Assembly (NCBI RefSeq): GCF_052425735.1
Contig: NC_135769.1
Coordinates: forward strand, 16,988,001-17,052,000
Direction of reading: 5' to 3'
Length of the DNA stretch: 64,000 nt
From: Oculina patagonica
Taxonomy: Eukaryota
Of this stretch, positions 36,900 to 50,714 are shown piece by piece (position 1 is the first letter of the stretch; the number at the start of each line of letters is the position of its first letter). The notes under the pieces were generated by a model. The model was given only the letters and a program-made list of their open reading frames with translations, was not told where the DNA came from and did no database searches. The position numbers were made by a program, and so were the translations under genes.

Positions 36900-37185
36900 A
36901 TAGGACTATGTGGAGCCATACTGCTGGAGCTTTTACTGGTTTCTTAAGCATTAAGCGACTAGAAGAAGTGTTTCTACTCCCTCCTGGATGGGATGCAAGT
37001 CCATCGCAGGGTTATCCCTAGCATTAAACCGCCATACCTATTTAAACACCTGGGTGTAGAGAGGCACTATAAAGGTAACACGTCTTGCCCAAGAAACGAC
37101 ACATGCAGTGATCCCGGCCAGGGCACGAACCCGGACCTCTCGAACCGGAGTCCATCGAACTAACCATTGAGTCACAGCGTCTTCC
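36900..37185 (-). mobile_element. tRNA-derived SINE (duplicated with the unit)
   Basis: Same as 18260-18545. Confidence 0.8.
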
Positions 37186-38696
37186 ATATCTTGTATATAT
37201 TAGGTGGTCCTTATTTCAAATACATAACTGTGTTCTGGTGTGAAATTCCCGTTAAGCCCGCGAATATTACAAAAAAAATTCGGAAAGAGAACCTGTTTTA
37301 AATAACTCCCTCCAGCTGATGAATACCATCTATTACCAAGTAAGAGAGAGGATATTCAAATCAGTGCTTCTTTTACCTACCTTAACGCAAGGCTGCAAAG
37401 AGCCGATACTGTTGCTTTCAACGTTATAATAGGTACAATTTTTCCAACCGAAAAGTACAGTTACATCCGAAATAAACAACGAGGGTCTTTTCTTTTGGAA
37501 CTGTCTAAATAATGTAAAAAGAAAATTAAAAATTTTGCGGTCGAACCTACTTACGATTTCACGAATGACGACAAATGGTACAGCACGGCTTGAAAAGCAC
37601 TGTGTTGGAAGAAGAAATTCTTCTGTGCTGCGAAGCTTTGGTTTTAAATTACTGATTCCAAAGCCTTTTCGCCTCTTTATGTACAGAAACATTAATTTGA
37701 ATTCATTATTGTCTTCCTTTAAGAACTGTTTTTAGAAGGACTGCAATTGACTCAAGCTCCAAAAAAAGCTAAACAAAAAAAGGAGAAAACAAATGAAGAA
37801 ATGATGAGAGTCGATATTGCTCAGCGGTCCTTATTTATCTTTTGGTATAATGCTGAATAAACATTTCTTTTATTTCATTTTTAATTAATTTTTCTTACCT
37901 CAGTATTTGTCTTCACGATCAGTAGGCAAAATTCGTAGGCACAGTTCATGAAGATTTTGTATTTACATTACATTTTCGACCAAGCTTGAAAACATGCAAA
38001 AGAGGGTTTTCTTCTTCAACAAAAATTGCTTCGAAAACTATTAGTACAAATAGTAGTTTACATGGTTTTTTATATCTATAAGAATAAGCATTTTTCATTA
38101 CTTTGGTGCCCTGCCGGGTTATTATTGGATTTTTCATTTTCGTAAGACAAAAGGCCTTTTATAAAAAGTTCTACATCTGCAAAAGACCCTTGACACGGTT
38201 TGTACAATCTATTTCCTATTAACAGAAAAAGTGCTCATGGAACGTAACGTGACAATAATTTTACACTTCCTAGGGTCATCACTGTGTAATAGATGTGTTT
38301 TCAATCAGTATAGCACTGACGCTGGGCATCCGGATGGCCTTTTGGTAACTGTCATCTTTTCTCTGTTGTAAAATTGTTGCATTGAGTAAATAGATGCTGG
38401 TCTGCTGCCGGCTGTAGCTTGCATCCCTGTGGTGTTTGCTATTTTATCTCAAATCAGGCAAATCCTCCGTGCGCTGTACCAGTGTGTTAGACTCGTGTAC
38501 GAATACACAACGTCTCTGCGATCTTTCTCAAGGTCTAGTCAGGACCTGATTGAGCGGGATTATGCTAAGTACTTGCCGGGAACATAAGCAAGTTGGTCTA
38601 CCTAATGCTTACTACGAACTCACTTCGAAAGACGTTACCACAGCTTCCATCTCCTTTTTGCGAAAATCGGTTGCTTACATAACATAACATAGAACT

Positions 38697-39971
38697 TTAC
38701 AGACACGTTTCTGTGTAATTATTGAGTTGCTGGCTTGCATAAGCCTTGAAAGTTTCGATAGTTGCTAAAGCACCTAAAGCTTTCTCACTTTTCATATTTT
38801 CCTGCAGACAAGTTGAGCAATCAGTCCCAGCATCTACTGTTACTCCTTTACACTCTGTATATAGTGTGCATGTGGCTGTCACTATGTTCCCTTTGTCTGC
38901 TGCAGCGCCACAAATTGTCAAATATTCTCTCCTGGATTTCACTACGTTAAGTGACGTTTCCGTCGTGGTAATTTCTCCTGAGGAAAATAAGAATGGTGTT
39001 GGTGCTGCTGTGTTACGCGCAGATATCTCAGTTCCATTATTTGGTTGCCCTGTTGTAGGCCCCACATGCACAACAGCTGCCTGTCTTCCGACTGTTTGCC
39101 TTTTCTTACACAACAGCATATCACGGAGATGTTCACGGAAGCATTTCATCCGCATGCTGTACAACACCGGATTGATACAAGAGTTGAAGGTTACTGATAA
39201 TCTACCACTCTTATCGTACCACGAACCCATAACCACTCCACCCCAGGATTTTAAGACGTAAGCTGTTAAGTTAGGAATCCAGGAAACTGCGTAGATCAGG
39301 CTGACCGTAATCAGCGTTATGGCAACTTGCTTACGATAGCGTAGTGAAGCCCTCTGGGAAGCGTCCAAATTCTCGACTGGCTTGAACCACAAGTGATGCA
39401 CTACTCTGGAGTACAGGTATACCATGATGCTTACAGGGACTATGCCTGCTAGAACCATCCAAACCAGACTGTCTACTTTGGCCTCGACGTAGCCAAAGTT
39501 ACCGTCACGTTTGCACAAACGTTGGTCGGGTTGAAAATATCTGGTGTCCATAAAGGCAGGCACGTTCATCAAAATAGCAAAACTCCATGCAAGGACGATG
39601 AAGACTTTCAGACGTCGCCTTGTAAATCTACCGCGCTGGCGAAGCGGATGAATAATGGCAAAGTAGCGTTCAACAGCGATGTACACCAAGCACAGAATGG
39701 ATACAGCAGCACCAACCCACGCAATAGCTCCGTCTGTGACAAATCTACACAGGTATCGGCCTGTCTCTCCTTCGGGGTGGGCAATGAATGGCATCATAAC
39801 GTACTGAATACCTATGAATAAGGCGAACGTCATGTCGGCGACAGCTAAGTTGACCAGTAGATAATTAAGCGTAGTCTGCATGGGCTTGTTGATAAGGACA
39901 GTTAAAATGACCAACGTGTTGCCGACCAGGGATATAAGTACAAGGATTGACAACGCCACGATAAATATCAT
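38697..39971 (-). CDS. Class A GPCR copy 10 (divergent, full B-like tail, 424 aa)
   Basis: Intact ORF. Its tail is homologous to the post-stop frames of copies 3, 5, 7 and 11. Confidence 0.92.
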   Translation of the reverse strand: MIFIVALSILVLISLVGNTLVILTVLINKPMQTTLNYLLVNLAVADMTFALFIGIQYVMMPFIAHPEGETGRYLCRFVTDGAIAWVGAAVSILCLVYIAVERYFAIIHPLRQRGRFTRRRLKVFIVLAWSFAILMNVPAFMDTRYFQPDQRLCKRDGNFGYVEAKVDSLVWMVLAGIVPVSIMVYLYSRVVHHLWFKPVENLDASQRASLRYRKQVAITLITVSLIYAVSWIPNLTAYVLKSWGGVVMGSWYDKSGRLSVTFNSCINPVLYSMRMKCFREHLRDMLLCKKRQTVGRQAAVVHVGPTTGQPNNGTEISARNTAAPTPFLFSSGEITTTETSLNVVKSRREYLTICGAAADKGNIVTATCTLYTECKGVTVDAGTDCSTCLQENMKSEKALGALATIETFKAYASQQLNNYTETCL

Positions 39972-40159
39972 GTTAACACGAATTCAGAGACACTATGATC
40001 TAAAAGTAAAAAAAACACATAATAAGATATTAATGATAGTTTATATCACTAAAAGCTATCACGGCAGATATTGCAATCCAACACGTACATACATATCTTA
40101 GCCAAGTACATCGATTTGACACCATAAAATAACATATCTGACAGGTGATTATAAAATTA

Positions 40160-40412
40160 TAAAAGATCTATGTGGAGCGAAGTGGCCCATATCGCTGGAG
40201 CTTTTTCTGGTTTCTGTATCATTAGGCGACTAGAAGTGTTCTACTTACCCTGGATGGGATGCTAGTCCATCGCATGGTTACCCCCAGCATTAAATCGCCA
40301 GTACCTATTTATACACCAGGGTGGAGAGAAGCACTTTAAGTGTCTTGCCCAAGAAAACGGCACATGCAATGACCCCGGCTAGGGCTCCAACCTGGACCGC
40401 TCGATCCGGAGT
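40160..40412 (-). mobile_element. tRNA-derived SINE, 5' truncated
   Basis: Same truncation as 10690-10942. Confidence 0.75.
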
Positions 40413-42238
40413 ATGTATATGTTAGGTAGTCCTTATTGCAAATAAATAACTGTGTTCTTGTGAGAAAGTCCCGTTAAGGCCTCAAATTTTACAAAACAAA
40501 AATTGGAAGGGAAGCCTGTGAAAACTCCCTCCAGTTGAAGAATATCGTCTATTACCAAGTATGAGAGGGAATATTGAAATCAGTGCTTCTTTTACCTTTT
40601 AACAAAAGGCTGCAAAGAGCAAATACTGTTGCTTTCAGCGTCATAAAAGGTACAATTTTTCCAACCCAAAAGTACAGTTACATCCGCAATAATCAACGAG
40701 GATCGTTTCTGTACAATGTAAAAAAAAATAAAATATTTTGCGGTCGAACCTACTTACGATTTCACTATTGACGGTAAATGGTACAGCACGGCTTGGAAAG
40801 CACTGTGTTGGTGGAAGAAATGCTTTTGTGATGCAAAGCTTTGGTTTTAATATACTGATTCGAAAGCCTTTTCGCCTCGTGGTGTACAGAAAGCTTAAAT
40901 TTAATTTATATTTTCTTCCTTTAAGTACTGTTTTTAGAAAGACTGCAATTGACTCCGGCTCAAAAACAAAGCTAAGCAAAAAAAGAAAACAAATGAAGAA
41001 ATGATGAGATTCGTTATTGCTCAGCGGTCCTTATTTATCTTTTAGTATAATGCTGAATAAACATTTATTTTATTTTTTAATTAATTTTTCTTTCCCCAGT
41101 GTTTGACTTCACGATCAGTAGGCAAAGTTTATAGGCACAGTTCATGAAGAGTTTTTTGTGATAACAGGTGTTTCTGAATTTCATTACACAAGGGAATTTT
41201 TAACCAAGCTTGAAAACATGCAAAAGAAGGCTTTTCTTCCTGAACAAAAACTGCTTCGAAAACAATAACTACAAATAGTATTTTACCTTGCTGTCTATAT
41301 CTATAAGAAAAAGCATTTTTGATTACTTTTGCGCCCTGTCGAGTTATTATTGGATTTTTCATTTTCACAAGACAAAAGCCCTTTTATAAAAGAAAAAGAT
41401 CCTCGCCACGGTTTGTACAATTTATTTCGTACCAATAGAAAAAGTGCTCATGGAACGTAACGTGAAAATAATTTTACACTTCCTAGGGTCATCACTGATT
41501 AATAGATGTGTTTTCAATCAGTATAGCACTGACACTGGGCATCCGGATGTCCTTTTGGTAACTTTCATCTTTTCTCTGTTCTAGAATTGTTGCATTGAGT
41601 AAATAGATGCTGGTCTGCTGCCGGCTGTAGCGTGCATCCCTGTGGTGTTTGCTATTTTATCTCAAATCAGGCAAATGTTCAGTGCGCTGTACCAATGTGT
41701 TCGACTCGTGCACAAATACACAACGTCTCTGCGTTCTTTCTCAAGGTCTAGTGAGGACCTGATTGAGTGAGATTATGCTAAGTACTCGCCGGGAACATGG
41801 GCAAATTTGTCTATGTAATGCTTACTACGAACTCCGCGCTTCTAGAGGCGTTCCCACAGCTTCCATCTCCTTTTTGCAAAAACGGTTGCTTACATAACAT
41901 AACATAAAACTTTACAGACATGTTTCTATGTTATGATTGAGTTGCTGGCTTGCATTAGCTTTTAAAGTTGCGATAGTTGCTAAAGCGCCTAAAGCTTCCT
42001 CACTTTTTATCTTTTCCTGCAGACAAGTTGAGCAATCAGTCCCAGCATCTCCTGTTACTACTTTACATTCTGTAAATAGTGTGCATGTGGCCGTTTCTAT
42101 ATTCCCTTTGTCTGCTGCAGCGCCACAAATTGTCAAAGACTTTCTCCTGGATTTCTCTACGTTAAGTGGTGTTTCCGTCGTGGTAATTTCTGCTGGGGAA
42201 AATGAGAATGGTGTTGGTGCTGCTGTATTACGAGCAGA

Positions 42239-43186
42239 TTACGCAGATCCATTGACTGGTTGCCCTGTTGCAGGCCCCACATGCACAACAGCTGCCTGTC
42301 CTCTTGCTGTTTGCTTTTTCTTGCACAACAACATGTCACGGAGATGTTCACGGAAACATTTCATACGCACGCTGTACAACACCGGATTAATACAAGCGTT
42401 GAAGGTTACCGATAATGTACCACTCTTATCGTACCAAGAATACATAACCACTCCACCCCAGGATTTTAAGACGTAAGCTGTTACGTTCGGAATCCAGGAC
42501 AATGCGTAGATCACGCTGACCGTAATCAGCGTTATGGTAACTTGCTTACGATAGCGTAGTGAAGCCCTCTGGGAAGCTTCTAAATTCTCGACTGGCTTAA
42601 ACCACAAGTGACGCACTACTCTGGTATACATGTATGTCATGACGCTTATAGGGGCAATGCCTGCTAGAACCATCCAAACCAGACTGTCTACTTTGGCCTC
42701 CACGTCGCCAAATTTGCCTTCACTTTCACACAAACGTAAGTCAGATTGATAATACCCCGTGCTCATAAAGTCAGGAACATTTATCAAAAAAGCAAAACTC
42801 CATCCAAGAACAATGAAGACTTTTAGACGTCGTCTTGTAAATCTACCACGCTGGCGAAGCGGATGAATAATGGCAAAGTAGCGTTCAACAGAGATGTAGA
42901 CCAAGCACAGAATGGATACAGCACCACCAACCCACGCTATAGTTCCGTCTGTGAAAAATTTACACAAATATAGGCCTGTCTGTCCTTGGGGATGGGCAAT
43001 GGATGGCATTATAATATACTGTATACTTATGGACGAGGCGAAAATCATATCGGCGACAGCTAAGTTGACCAGTAGATAATTGAGCGTAGTCTGCATGGGC
43101 TTGTTGACAAGGACAGTTAAAATGACCAGCGTGTTGCCGACCAGGGATATAAGTACAAGGGTTGATAACACCACGATGAATAACAT
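42239..43186 (-). CDS. Class A GPCR copy 11 (type B'); 315 aa to TAA, frame stays open to 41912
   Basis: Full 7TM. 108 further open codons ending IETCL*. Confidence 0.88.
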   Translation of the reverse strand: MLFIVVLSTLVLISLVGNTLVILTVLVNKPMQTTLNYLLVNLAVADMIFASSISIQYIIMPSIAHPQGQTGLYLCKFFTDGTIAWVGGAVSILCLVYISVERYFAIIHPLRQRGRFTRRRLKVFIVLGWSFAFLINVPDFMSTGYYQSDLRLCESEGKFGDVEAKVDSLVWMVLAGIAPISVMTYMYTRVVRHLWFKPVENLEASQRASLRYRKQVTITLITVSVIYALSWIPNVTAYVLKSWGGVVMYSWYDKSGTLSVTFNACINPVLYSVRMKCFREHLRDMLLCKKKQTARGQAAVVHVGPATGQPVNGSA

Positions 43187-45681
43187 CTTAACAAGTATTC
43201 AGAGTCACTTTGACCTAAAAGTAAAAACACAAACTGAGAAATTTGCTTGTCTCACTAAAAGAAATCAGTGCAGAGATGGCATGCACCTACATTAGACTAC
43301 ATATCAAAACCATCTTAAACGAGGAACACGGGCGAATAACGTCGAATACGAACGAATAACGAATCCCTATAAAAAATAGTAAAAACGAGTCCTGGAAAGT
43401 AACGTCAGCCCGAACGTATCGACCTACCAAATTGTCTCTAATGTTTATGTTAGGTAGTCTAAGTACATTACTGTTTTCTGATGAGAAATTCCCACAGTTA
43501 ATTTCGCGAAGGAAAGCCTGTAATACTTCTCTCCAACTACAGCAATACCGTCTATAAGCAAATAAGAAAGAGTTTGAAGAAAATCCTTTGCAAATACCCA
43601 TTAAGATGGATCAGCGTCATGAAACGTATCATAGTTTTCAACCTAAAAGTACAGTTGCATCCAAAAGTAAGAAAGAGGATCTCTTACTTTTTGAAAAATT
43701 TGGCGGTGAAGCCTACTTACGATTTCACGAATGGCGGCAAATGATACAGTACACCTTGAAGAAGAATTCTCGGCATCGCAAACCTTTTTGCCTTGTGCGA
43801 AGTGCATAGATTGTATTCATTATTTTCTTACTTACAGCTGACTGTTTTTGGAAGGACTTCAATTACTCAGCCTCCAAACTAAACTAAACAAAAAAGGCAG
43901 AAAACAAATGAAGAAATGATGAGGTTTTTTATTGCTCAGCAGTCCTTATTTATATTTCTTTATAACGCTGAATAAACATTTGCTATTATATTTTTTAATG
44001 ATTTTTTATTTCCCTTGTGCTTGGCTACACGATTAGTTGGCACAATTTGTAGCCGAACTGTTCATACCTTTTTGTTAAACTTGCCTTCCTGGATTACGTT
44101 CAAAAACGACAATTTGGACCAAGCTCAAAAAATTACAGATGAGAACTTTTCATTTGAAAAAAAAACGCTCAAAAACCGTTTCATATAAATAGTATTATCA
44201 TTGTTTTTCATTTCCGTAAGTATTACGTTTTTGATTATTTTGGCATCATACTGAGGTTTTAATGGATTTTTCATTTCTCGAACTAAAAGGCATTCTATAT
44301 GAAGAACATGCAAACTGTTATTATACACAGGAAATAAGACACTTGCCAAGGTCTAAACAATTTATTTCCTTCCATGAGAGAAAACACTTATGGAACGTGA
44401 CCATAATAGTATTTTACACTCCCCAGGTTCAGGTCTAAACGTTCCAAGAGGTCTTTTTCAGAGACGTGTTTTCAATTTGTATAAAATTCTACCACTGCAT
44501 TGGGCCCTTACCGCCTTTTGGTAACTTTCATCGTTTCTGTATTGTAAAATTATTTCGTTGGGTAAAAAGATTCTGTTAATAAAACACTACATTGACTTTC
44601 GTCTGTCAGGATTCTGCAAATCTATTATTGTTATGTATATTCATAATCATAATCATAAGACTTGACTGACACCTTGACAGCAATATTGTTTTCTCCGGCA
44701 TAGACAGGAATAAGATTTTCTTTTTATTAATAACTAAGCATAAACTTAAACATAGCTGATGAGAAGAAGGATCCAGCGCAATCATTTTACTTGCGTTGTC
44801 CTCACTAGGAATAAGAACAACAACAAGAAGAAGAAACCATTTTTTTGCTCGTGCTTATGCTTATGCCCCATGAGAACAGCATACAAAAAAATGAGGGCGT
44901 TCGTCTTTTTTGTGCGCGTATGCTTATGCGTGTGCTTGATACCCACTAAAAGTTATTTTTTAAAGTAAATATTCAAAGGCTTGCATATTGCAAGATTTTC
45001 ATGGCATTTCAATTGCCCTTAGGTGCTGACGAAGAAGAGAATGATTGCTTCTTTATTTTCCACCTTACTGGTGAAGATTCACTTCATTGCGGTTCTTCTG
45101 TTATGCCATGCCGGACTCTACCACCAGCACTACGGTTAGTTCGCGGTGGCGGTAAGAATTGTCTTAACGGAAGAAACAGCTAGTCTCATTGATACGGTTG
45201 TTTAAGAATGTACCATCCTAATGTAGTGAAGCTGAAAGTTTTAGACAACAGTGGCCAGTTCTCAAAAGCTCATATTTCTTGCGAACATCGTTATAGCCAT
45301 AGCTTTTGGGACACATGCCAGAAATGTGTCTCTTATAGTAACCACTCAAACTTTGTATTCAACAACATTGGGATCATTTTATTAATCTGTGTTCTTTAAC
45401 AGTGGAACCAAGTGCCTTAAATGTCCTTTACACAGCATAATTCAAAAGGACATCAATAAAAATCAAATTGATAGAAACTTTTTCCCCGATTTAAGGCGCA
45501 CTCAATAATGCGCGGCAAAAAGTTCACTGAAAACATTAGCAAGTTAATCTATAGATTTTTACTGCGAACTCCCTTCAAGAAGACATTCCTACAGTTTCCA
45601 TCTATTTTTTGAAAAGTTTGATTACTAAAAACATGTTCCTGTGTTATTATGGAGTTGTTCGATAGTTGCTAACGTAACTTA

Positions 45682-45834
45682 GATTTAAATTTTATTATTG
45701 TAAATAGCCATATTTTTTAGCATTTTCTTTTATTTTGACCCTTTTTTGTTATGTCCCCGTATTAGTGGGGGAGTTTTCCCCAGCTAGGTGGTTTATGACA
45801 TTTTCTTAATAAAGTTTCTATCTAGTTTCTATCT
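45682..45834 (+). mobile_element. 3' end of a non-LTR retroelement inserted in the dead tail of copy 12
   Basis: 8-bp TSD GTAACTTA (45674-45681, 45835-45842). AATAAA followed by a TCTA-type tail. Confidence 0.75.
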
Positions 45835-46125
45835 GTAACTTAAGCTTCCTCAATTCTTAATATTCCTGCAGACAAGTTGAGCAATCAGTCCCCGCGTCTC
45901 CCCATGTAGCCGTTTCTATGTTCCCTGCGTCTACTGCAGCGAGAGAAAATGTCAACAATTTTCTTCTAGAATTCACCTTGTTAAATATAATTTCTGTCGT
46001 GACCATCTCTTGTTTAAATGCTGATGAAAATGAGATGGTGTTGGTGCTGCTGTGTTACGCACGGATTCCTCAGTTCCATTAATTGGTTTCCCTGTTGTAG
46101 GCCCCTCATGCACAACAGCTGCCTG

Positions 46126-47016
46126 TTATCTGGCTGTTTGCTTTCTCTTGCACAACAACATGTCACGGAGATGTTCACGGAAGCTCTTCATCTGCATGCT
46201 GTACAACACCGGATTAATACAAGAATTGAATGTGACCAATAATGTACCGCTCTTGTCGACCCACGCACCCACAACTGCCTCTTCACCCCAGAACTGTATG
46301 ACGTAGGCTATCAAGTTCGGAACCCAGGAGACTGCATACATCACGCTGACCGTAATCATCGTTATGGTAACTTGCTTGCGATAGCGTAGCGCAGCCCTCT
46401 GGGAAGCTTCCAAATTCTCGACTGGCTTGAACCACAAGTGCTGCACTACTCTGGAGTACAGGTATACCATGATGCTTACAGGGACTATGCCTGCTAGAAC
46501 CATCCAAGCCAAACTTCCCACTTTGGCCTCCACGTAGCCAAAGTTACCGTCACGTTTGCACAAACGTAGGTCGGGTCGATAATATCTGATTTCTATAAAG
46601 CCATGCATTTGCATCAAAATAGCAAAACTCCGTCCAAGGACGATGAAGACTTTCAGACGTCGCTTTGTAAATCTACCGCGCTGGCGAAGTGGATGAATAA
46701 TGGCAAAATAGCGTTCCACAGCAATGTAGACCAAGCACAGAACGGACATAGCACCACCAACCCACGCTATAGTTCCGTCTGTGAAAAATTTACACAGGTA
46801 TCGGCCTGTCTGTCCTTCGGGATGGACAATGAATGGCATCATAATGTACTGAATACTTATGGCTAAGGAGAGAATCGTGTCGGCGACAGCTAAATTGACC
46901 AGTAGATAATTGAGTGTAGTCTTCATGGGCTTGTTGATAAGGACAGTTAAAATGACCAGCGTGTTGCCGACCAGGGATATAAGTAAAAGGATTGATTGCA
47001 CCACGATAAATATCAT
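46126..47016 (-). CDS. Class A GPCR copy 12 (type D), truncated after helix 8, W4.50R
   Basis: 7TM ORF ending KQTAR*. Decayed tail remnant to ~45625. Confidence 0.75.
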   Translation of the reverse strand: MIFIVVQSILLLISLVGNTLVILTVLINKPMKTTLNYLLVNLAVADTILSLAISIQYIMMPFIVHPEGQTGRYLCKFFTDGTIAWVGGAMSVLCLVYIAVERYFAIIHPLRQRGRFTKRRLKVFIVLGRSFAILMQMHGFIEIRYYRPDLRLCKRDGNFGYVEAKVGSLAWMVLAGIVPVSIMVYLYSRVVQHLWFKPVENLEASQRAALRYRKQVTITMITVSVMYAVSWVPNLIAYVIQFWGEEAVVGAWVDKSGTLLVTFNSCINPVLYSMQMKSFREHLRDMLLCKRKQTAR

Positions 47017-50000
47017 CTTAACAAGAATTCAGAGTCACTTTGATCTAAAAGTGAAAACACATAGTGAGAGACTAATGATAGCTTTTTTCACTAAAAGTAA
47101 TCAGTATGGATATTGCACATTCATCAGTCACCTACATAGACTAAATATCTCTGTAATCGTGCAGTTCGTTGTTGTTCAGTTTCTGTTTCTATTCTGTCTG
47201 CTGTATTTTGTCCTTTACTGCGAGTCACGTATTACTAGTAATTTTCTTACTTGAAGTTGACTGTTTGTCTGTTGCTTGTTTGAGAAGGACTGCGATTGAC
47301 TCAAGTTCCAAACAAAAGTAAACAAAAAAAGGCACATGAAGAAATGATAAGATTACTCAGCGGCACTTTTTATCTATTGTTATAATGCTGATTAAATATC
47401 ACTCATTTTTATTTATATACTTTAAAATTATATTCCTTTGCTTGGTGCTTGGCTTCACAATCACTGTTCACGAAGAGTTATATTTTTGTAAAACGAGCTT
47501 TTCTGGATTTTAATAAACAACGAAATCTTCGACCAAGATTGAAAACATGCACGTGAGCACTTTTCTTCCTAACAAAATTGTTCAGAAATCTATTAATGCA
47601 AATATTATTTTTTCGTGTTTTCTATTTCCGTAAGAATAAGCACTTTTTGATTACTTTGCCATCCTGCGGAGGTTTTATTGGATTTTTCATTTTCACAAAA
47701 CAAAAAGCCTTTTATAAGAAGCTCTACACATGCGAACGGTAATTGTACACAGGAAACAAATGCATTAGACTCCTGTCAAGGTTTATACAATTTAGTTCCT
47801 CTCAAGAGGGAAAACACTCATTGATCGTGGTCATAATATTGTACACTCCCCAGGTTTAGAACTAAACGGTTCAAGGGGTCTTTTATAAAGAGATGTGTTT
47901 TCTATTTGTGAAGAACTTTATTATTGAATTGGCATCGATGGCCTTTTGGTAAGCATCTTTTCTGTATTGTAAAATTATTGCATAAAGTAAACTGAGTATA
48001 TAGGTGCTGTTAATAAAACACTGTACTGACTTCCGTCTGCCAGGATTCGACAAATCTTTTATTGTCATTTACATTCTGGAAGGGCAGATCTAATTCATCG
48101 ACAACTCGGTTCTCTTTGTTCTTGGTCTGTATGCGCCGATATGTCAATCATAACACTTGACTGACGTCTTGAAATTAATATAGTTTTGTCAGCCATTAAA
48201 AGGAATGTGACTTTCCGTTCATTCACTACCTTTTTCTTCTTCTTGCATAAATAAGTAAAACAAGGAAATGCAGTACAAAGAGTTATATTTACTTTATTAC
48301 TTTACTTTTATTAGACTTTATATTTAACCTGGGAGTTATTGACAAATTTATTAGTCAAGAGCAAGGTAGGCAATGACAACAATGATGAAAGCGAATTTAT
48401 ATTCAGTGCTTATTCTCGTTTTGGAAATCACTTACAGAAGGTCTAAGAACCCAACAACGCTTATACTCATACGGCTGCTTTTATATCTCGGGTCTACTTT
48501 TCTGGACTACGTTTCCTTACTGACTGAGTTACAGACCACAGACATACTTTGTCAAGCTAGCTTTTTTCCTTTCACAAAACGTTAAAGTTTTAAAAAAAAC
48601 CACGAGAGCGTTTTAACGAGCTACGGCTCCTAAGCTCTACGTGGATAAATAAATTATGTCTACGTCTTTGTCTATGTGAGTGATTTCATGTTCTTTTTTC
48701 CCTTTGTTGATATAACCAGAGGCCAGGTTTGTCATGTTCTATTTTTTCTTGGCTGGTATAACCGGGTTGACAGGATTTACTCTTTGGATCACAGTAGCGG
48801 TTTAATTATCATCGTTATTGTATTATGGGCATCAGTACTAGTTGTTTTTCATTCTATTTGAAATCACTGGAAGAAGCATTGGGGTTGTAATTATGCAACT
48901 TTCTTATTGCATAGATTATCAAACGCAGACATCATTGTTTTCAATAAATGGTTTTATACTCGATGCGCTTGAGTGAACTCAGTGATAAAAGGGTTTAAAA
49001 ACTTAGTCCCAAGCAAAAACATTTGCAAAATTTCTTTTTCCTTCACCACAGTTCTATTGTTTTCCACCGCCACCACCACTGCCACGATTCTATTGTCCTA
49101 CACCACCACCACCACAATTCCATGCCGCCCTCTCCTCCTCCTCCTCCTTAATTCTATTGTTTACCTCCTCCTCGTCTGCCTCCTCCTCCTCTACAGTTCT
49201 ATTATTTTCTTCGTCCACAACCACCTCCACCACCATCACCACCACTACGACCGCTACCGTGACCATAACCATCACCACCGCGAATACCACCACCACCACC
49301 ACCATCATCATCATCACCACCACCACCACCTCAACGAACCCACCACCACCGCCAACACAATTGTATTGTGTGCCACATCCACACCCACCGCCACAACCAC
49401 AACCACAGGGTCGAGGTGAGGTCAACGTGTGGTTGCTGTGAGGTCGATGGAGGTACAATCCAGGATACAGAGTTTGTACATAAAAGTTTCTCCGTTCACG
49501 CTCATGTGCTTGCTTACCCCGCTTATACCCCATCTATACCCCTCTGCACCTTGCATTTACCCTCCATCGACATTCCATCAACTCTACATCGACCTAACGT
49601 CGAACCCATGATTGTGGTGGTAGCGGTGGTTGTGGTACAAAATAAACTTGTTTTGGTAGTGGTGGTGGTGGGTGTTCGTGGAGGTGGTGCAGGCGGTGGT
49701 GCTGGTTGAGGAGGAGGAGGAGGAGGAGGAGGAGGAGGAGGAGGAGGAGGAGGAGGTGCAGGCGCCGGTGGTGGTGGTGGTGGTAGTGGTGGTGGTGATG
49801 GTAATTGTCGCGGTGGTGACCGTAACTATTTTTGGTGGTGGTGGACATTATGCAAATGGTTTTGCTTAGGACTAAGTTTTTAAGTGCTACCGACTGGAAT
49901 TTTCGAGAAAAAAAAATTCAAAACTCCGAATTCGCATTTCTTCATATTCAGTCAAAAGAAACCCTTTGGTGAACTATTTACGAAAATGACATTTAAAATT

Positions 50001-50714
50001 TTCAAAGGGTTTTTATATTTGAGAAAATCGGCAAAAGGTTTAAAGGCCGTTTTCGCGTCCCCGCCGCCATAAAATTTTGTCGAATTTTTGTGGGTATTCA
50101 AAACACTCGTACGGAAAGAAGGTTGAACGTATGAAATTTATCTTTGGCAGGTATGCGGGGCATCCAATATACTACACAGAAACCTAAAATATTGCAAAAC
50201 GATGCAATTAAACAGATCTTTTTTAAAGCCCGAAAATTGGTATTTTGAGCACTTTGGTAAACACTTGAAACAAGGGTAACTTTGGTGGCAAAAATCGTGT
50301 TCTGGTACATCGAGATTTGGAATAAAAAATAGATCGGCGTCAAGTACTATTATGGTACTGTAACATATCAAAAATTCAGCCCGGGCAATTGAAAAACCAC
50401 TCGTTGAGAGAAGTAAACGCATAGTGAATATTTCATGTATTGACTACAAGAATTGTCACGGTCACGCAACACTAGTAAACACATTTCGATCTGATTTATT
50501 CAATGTGTTTTAGTTTTTCTCACTTTGGCTATAGTTTATGCTCGAAAAAGTCTACCTATCTTATGTATAATTTACTGTTTTGTATTCATATAAAAATTAA
50601 TTTTAGAGGATGGGATAATTGATCTGACCGCAAAAATACAAAGGTCAAGTTTCGTGTCATATTTACCGACTTTGCCGCTCATTCTGTGTAACTCGCACTG
50701 TGAAAGAAATAAAA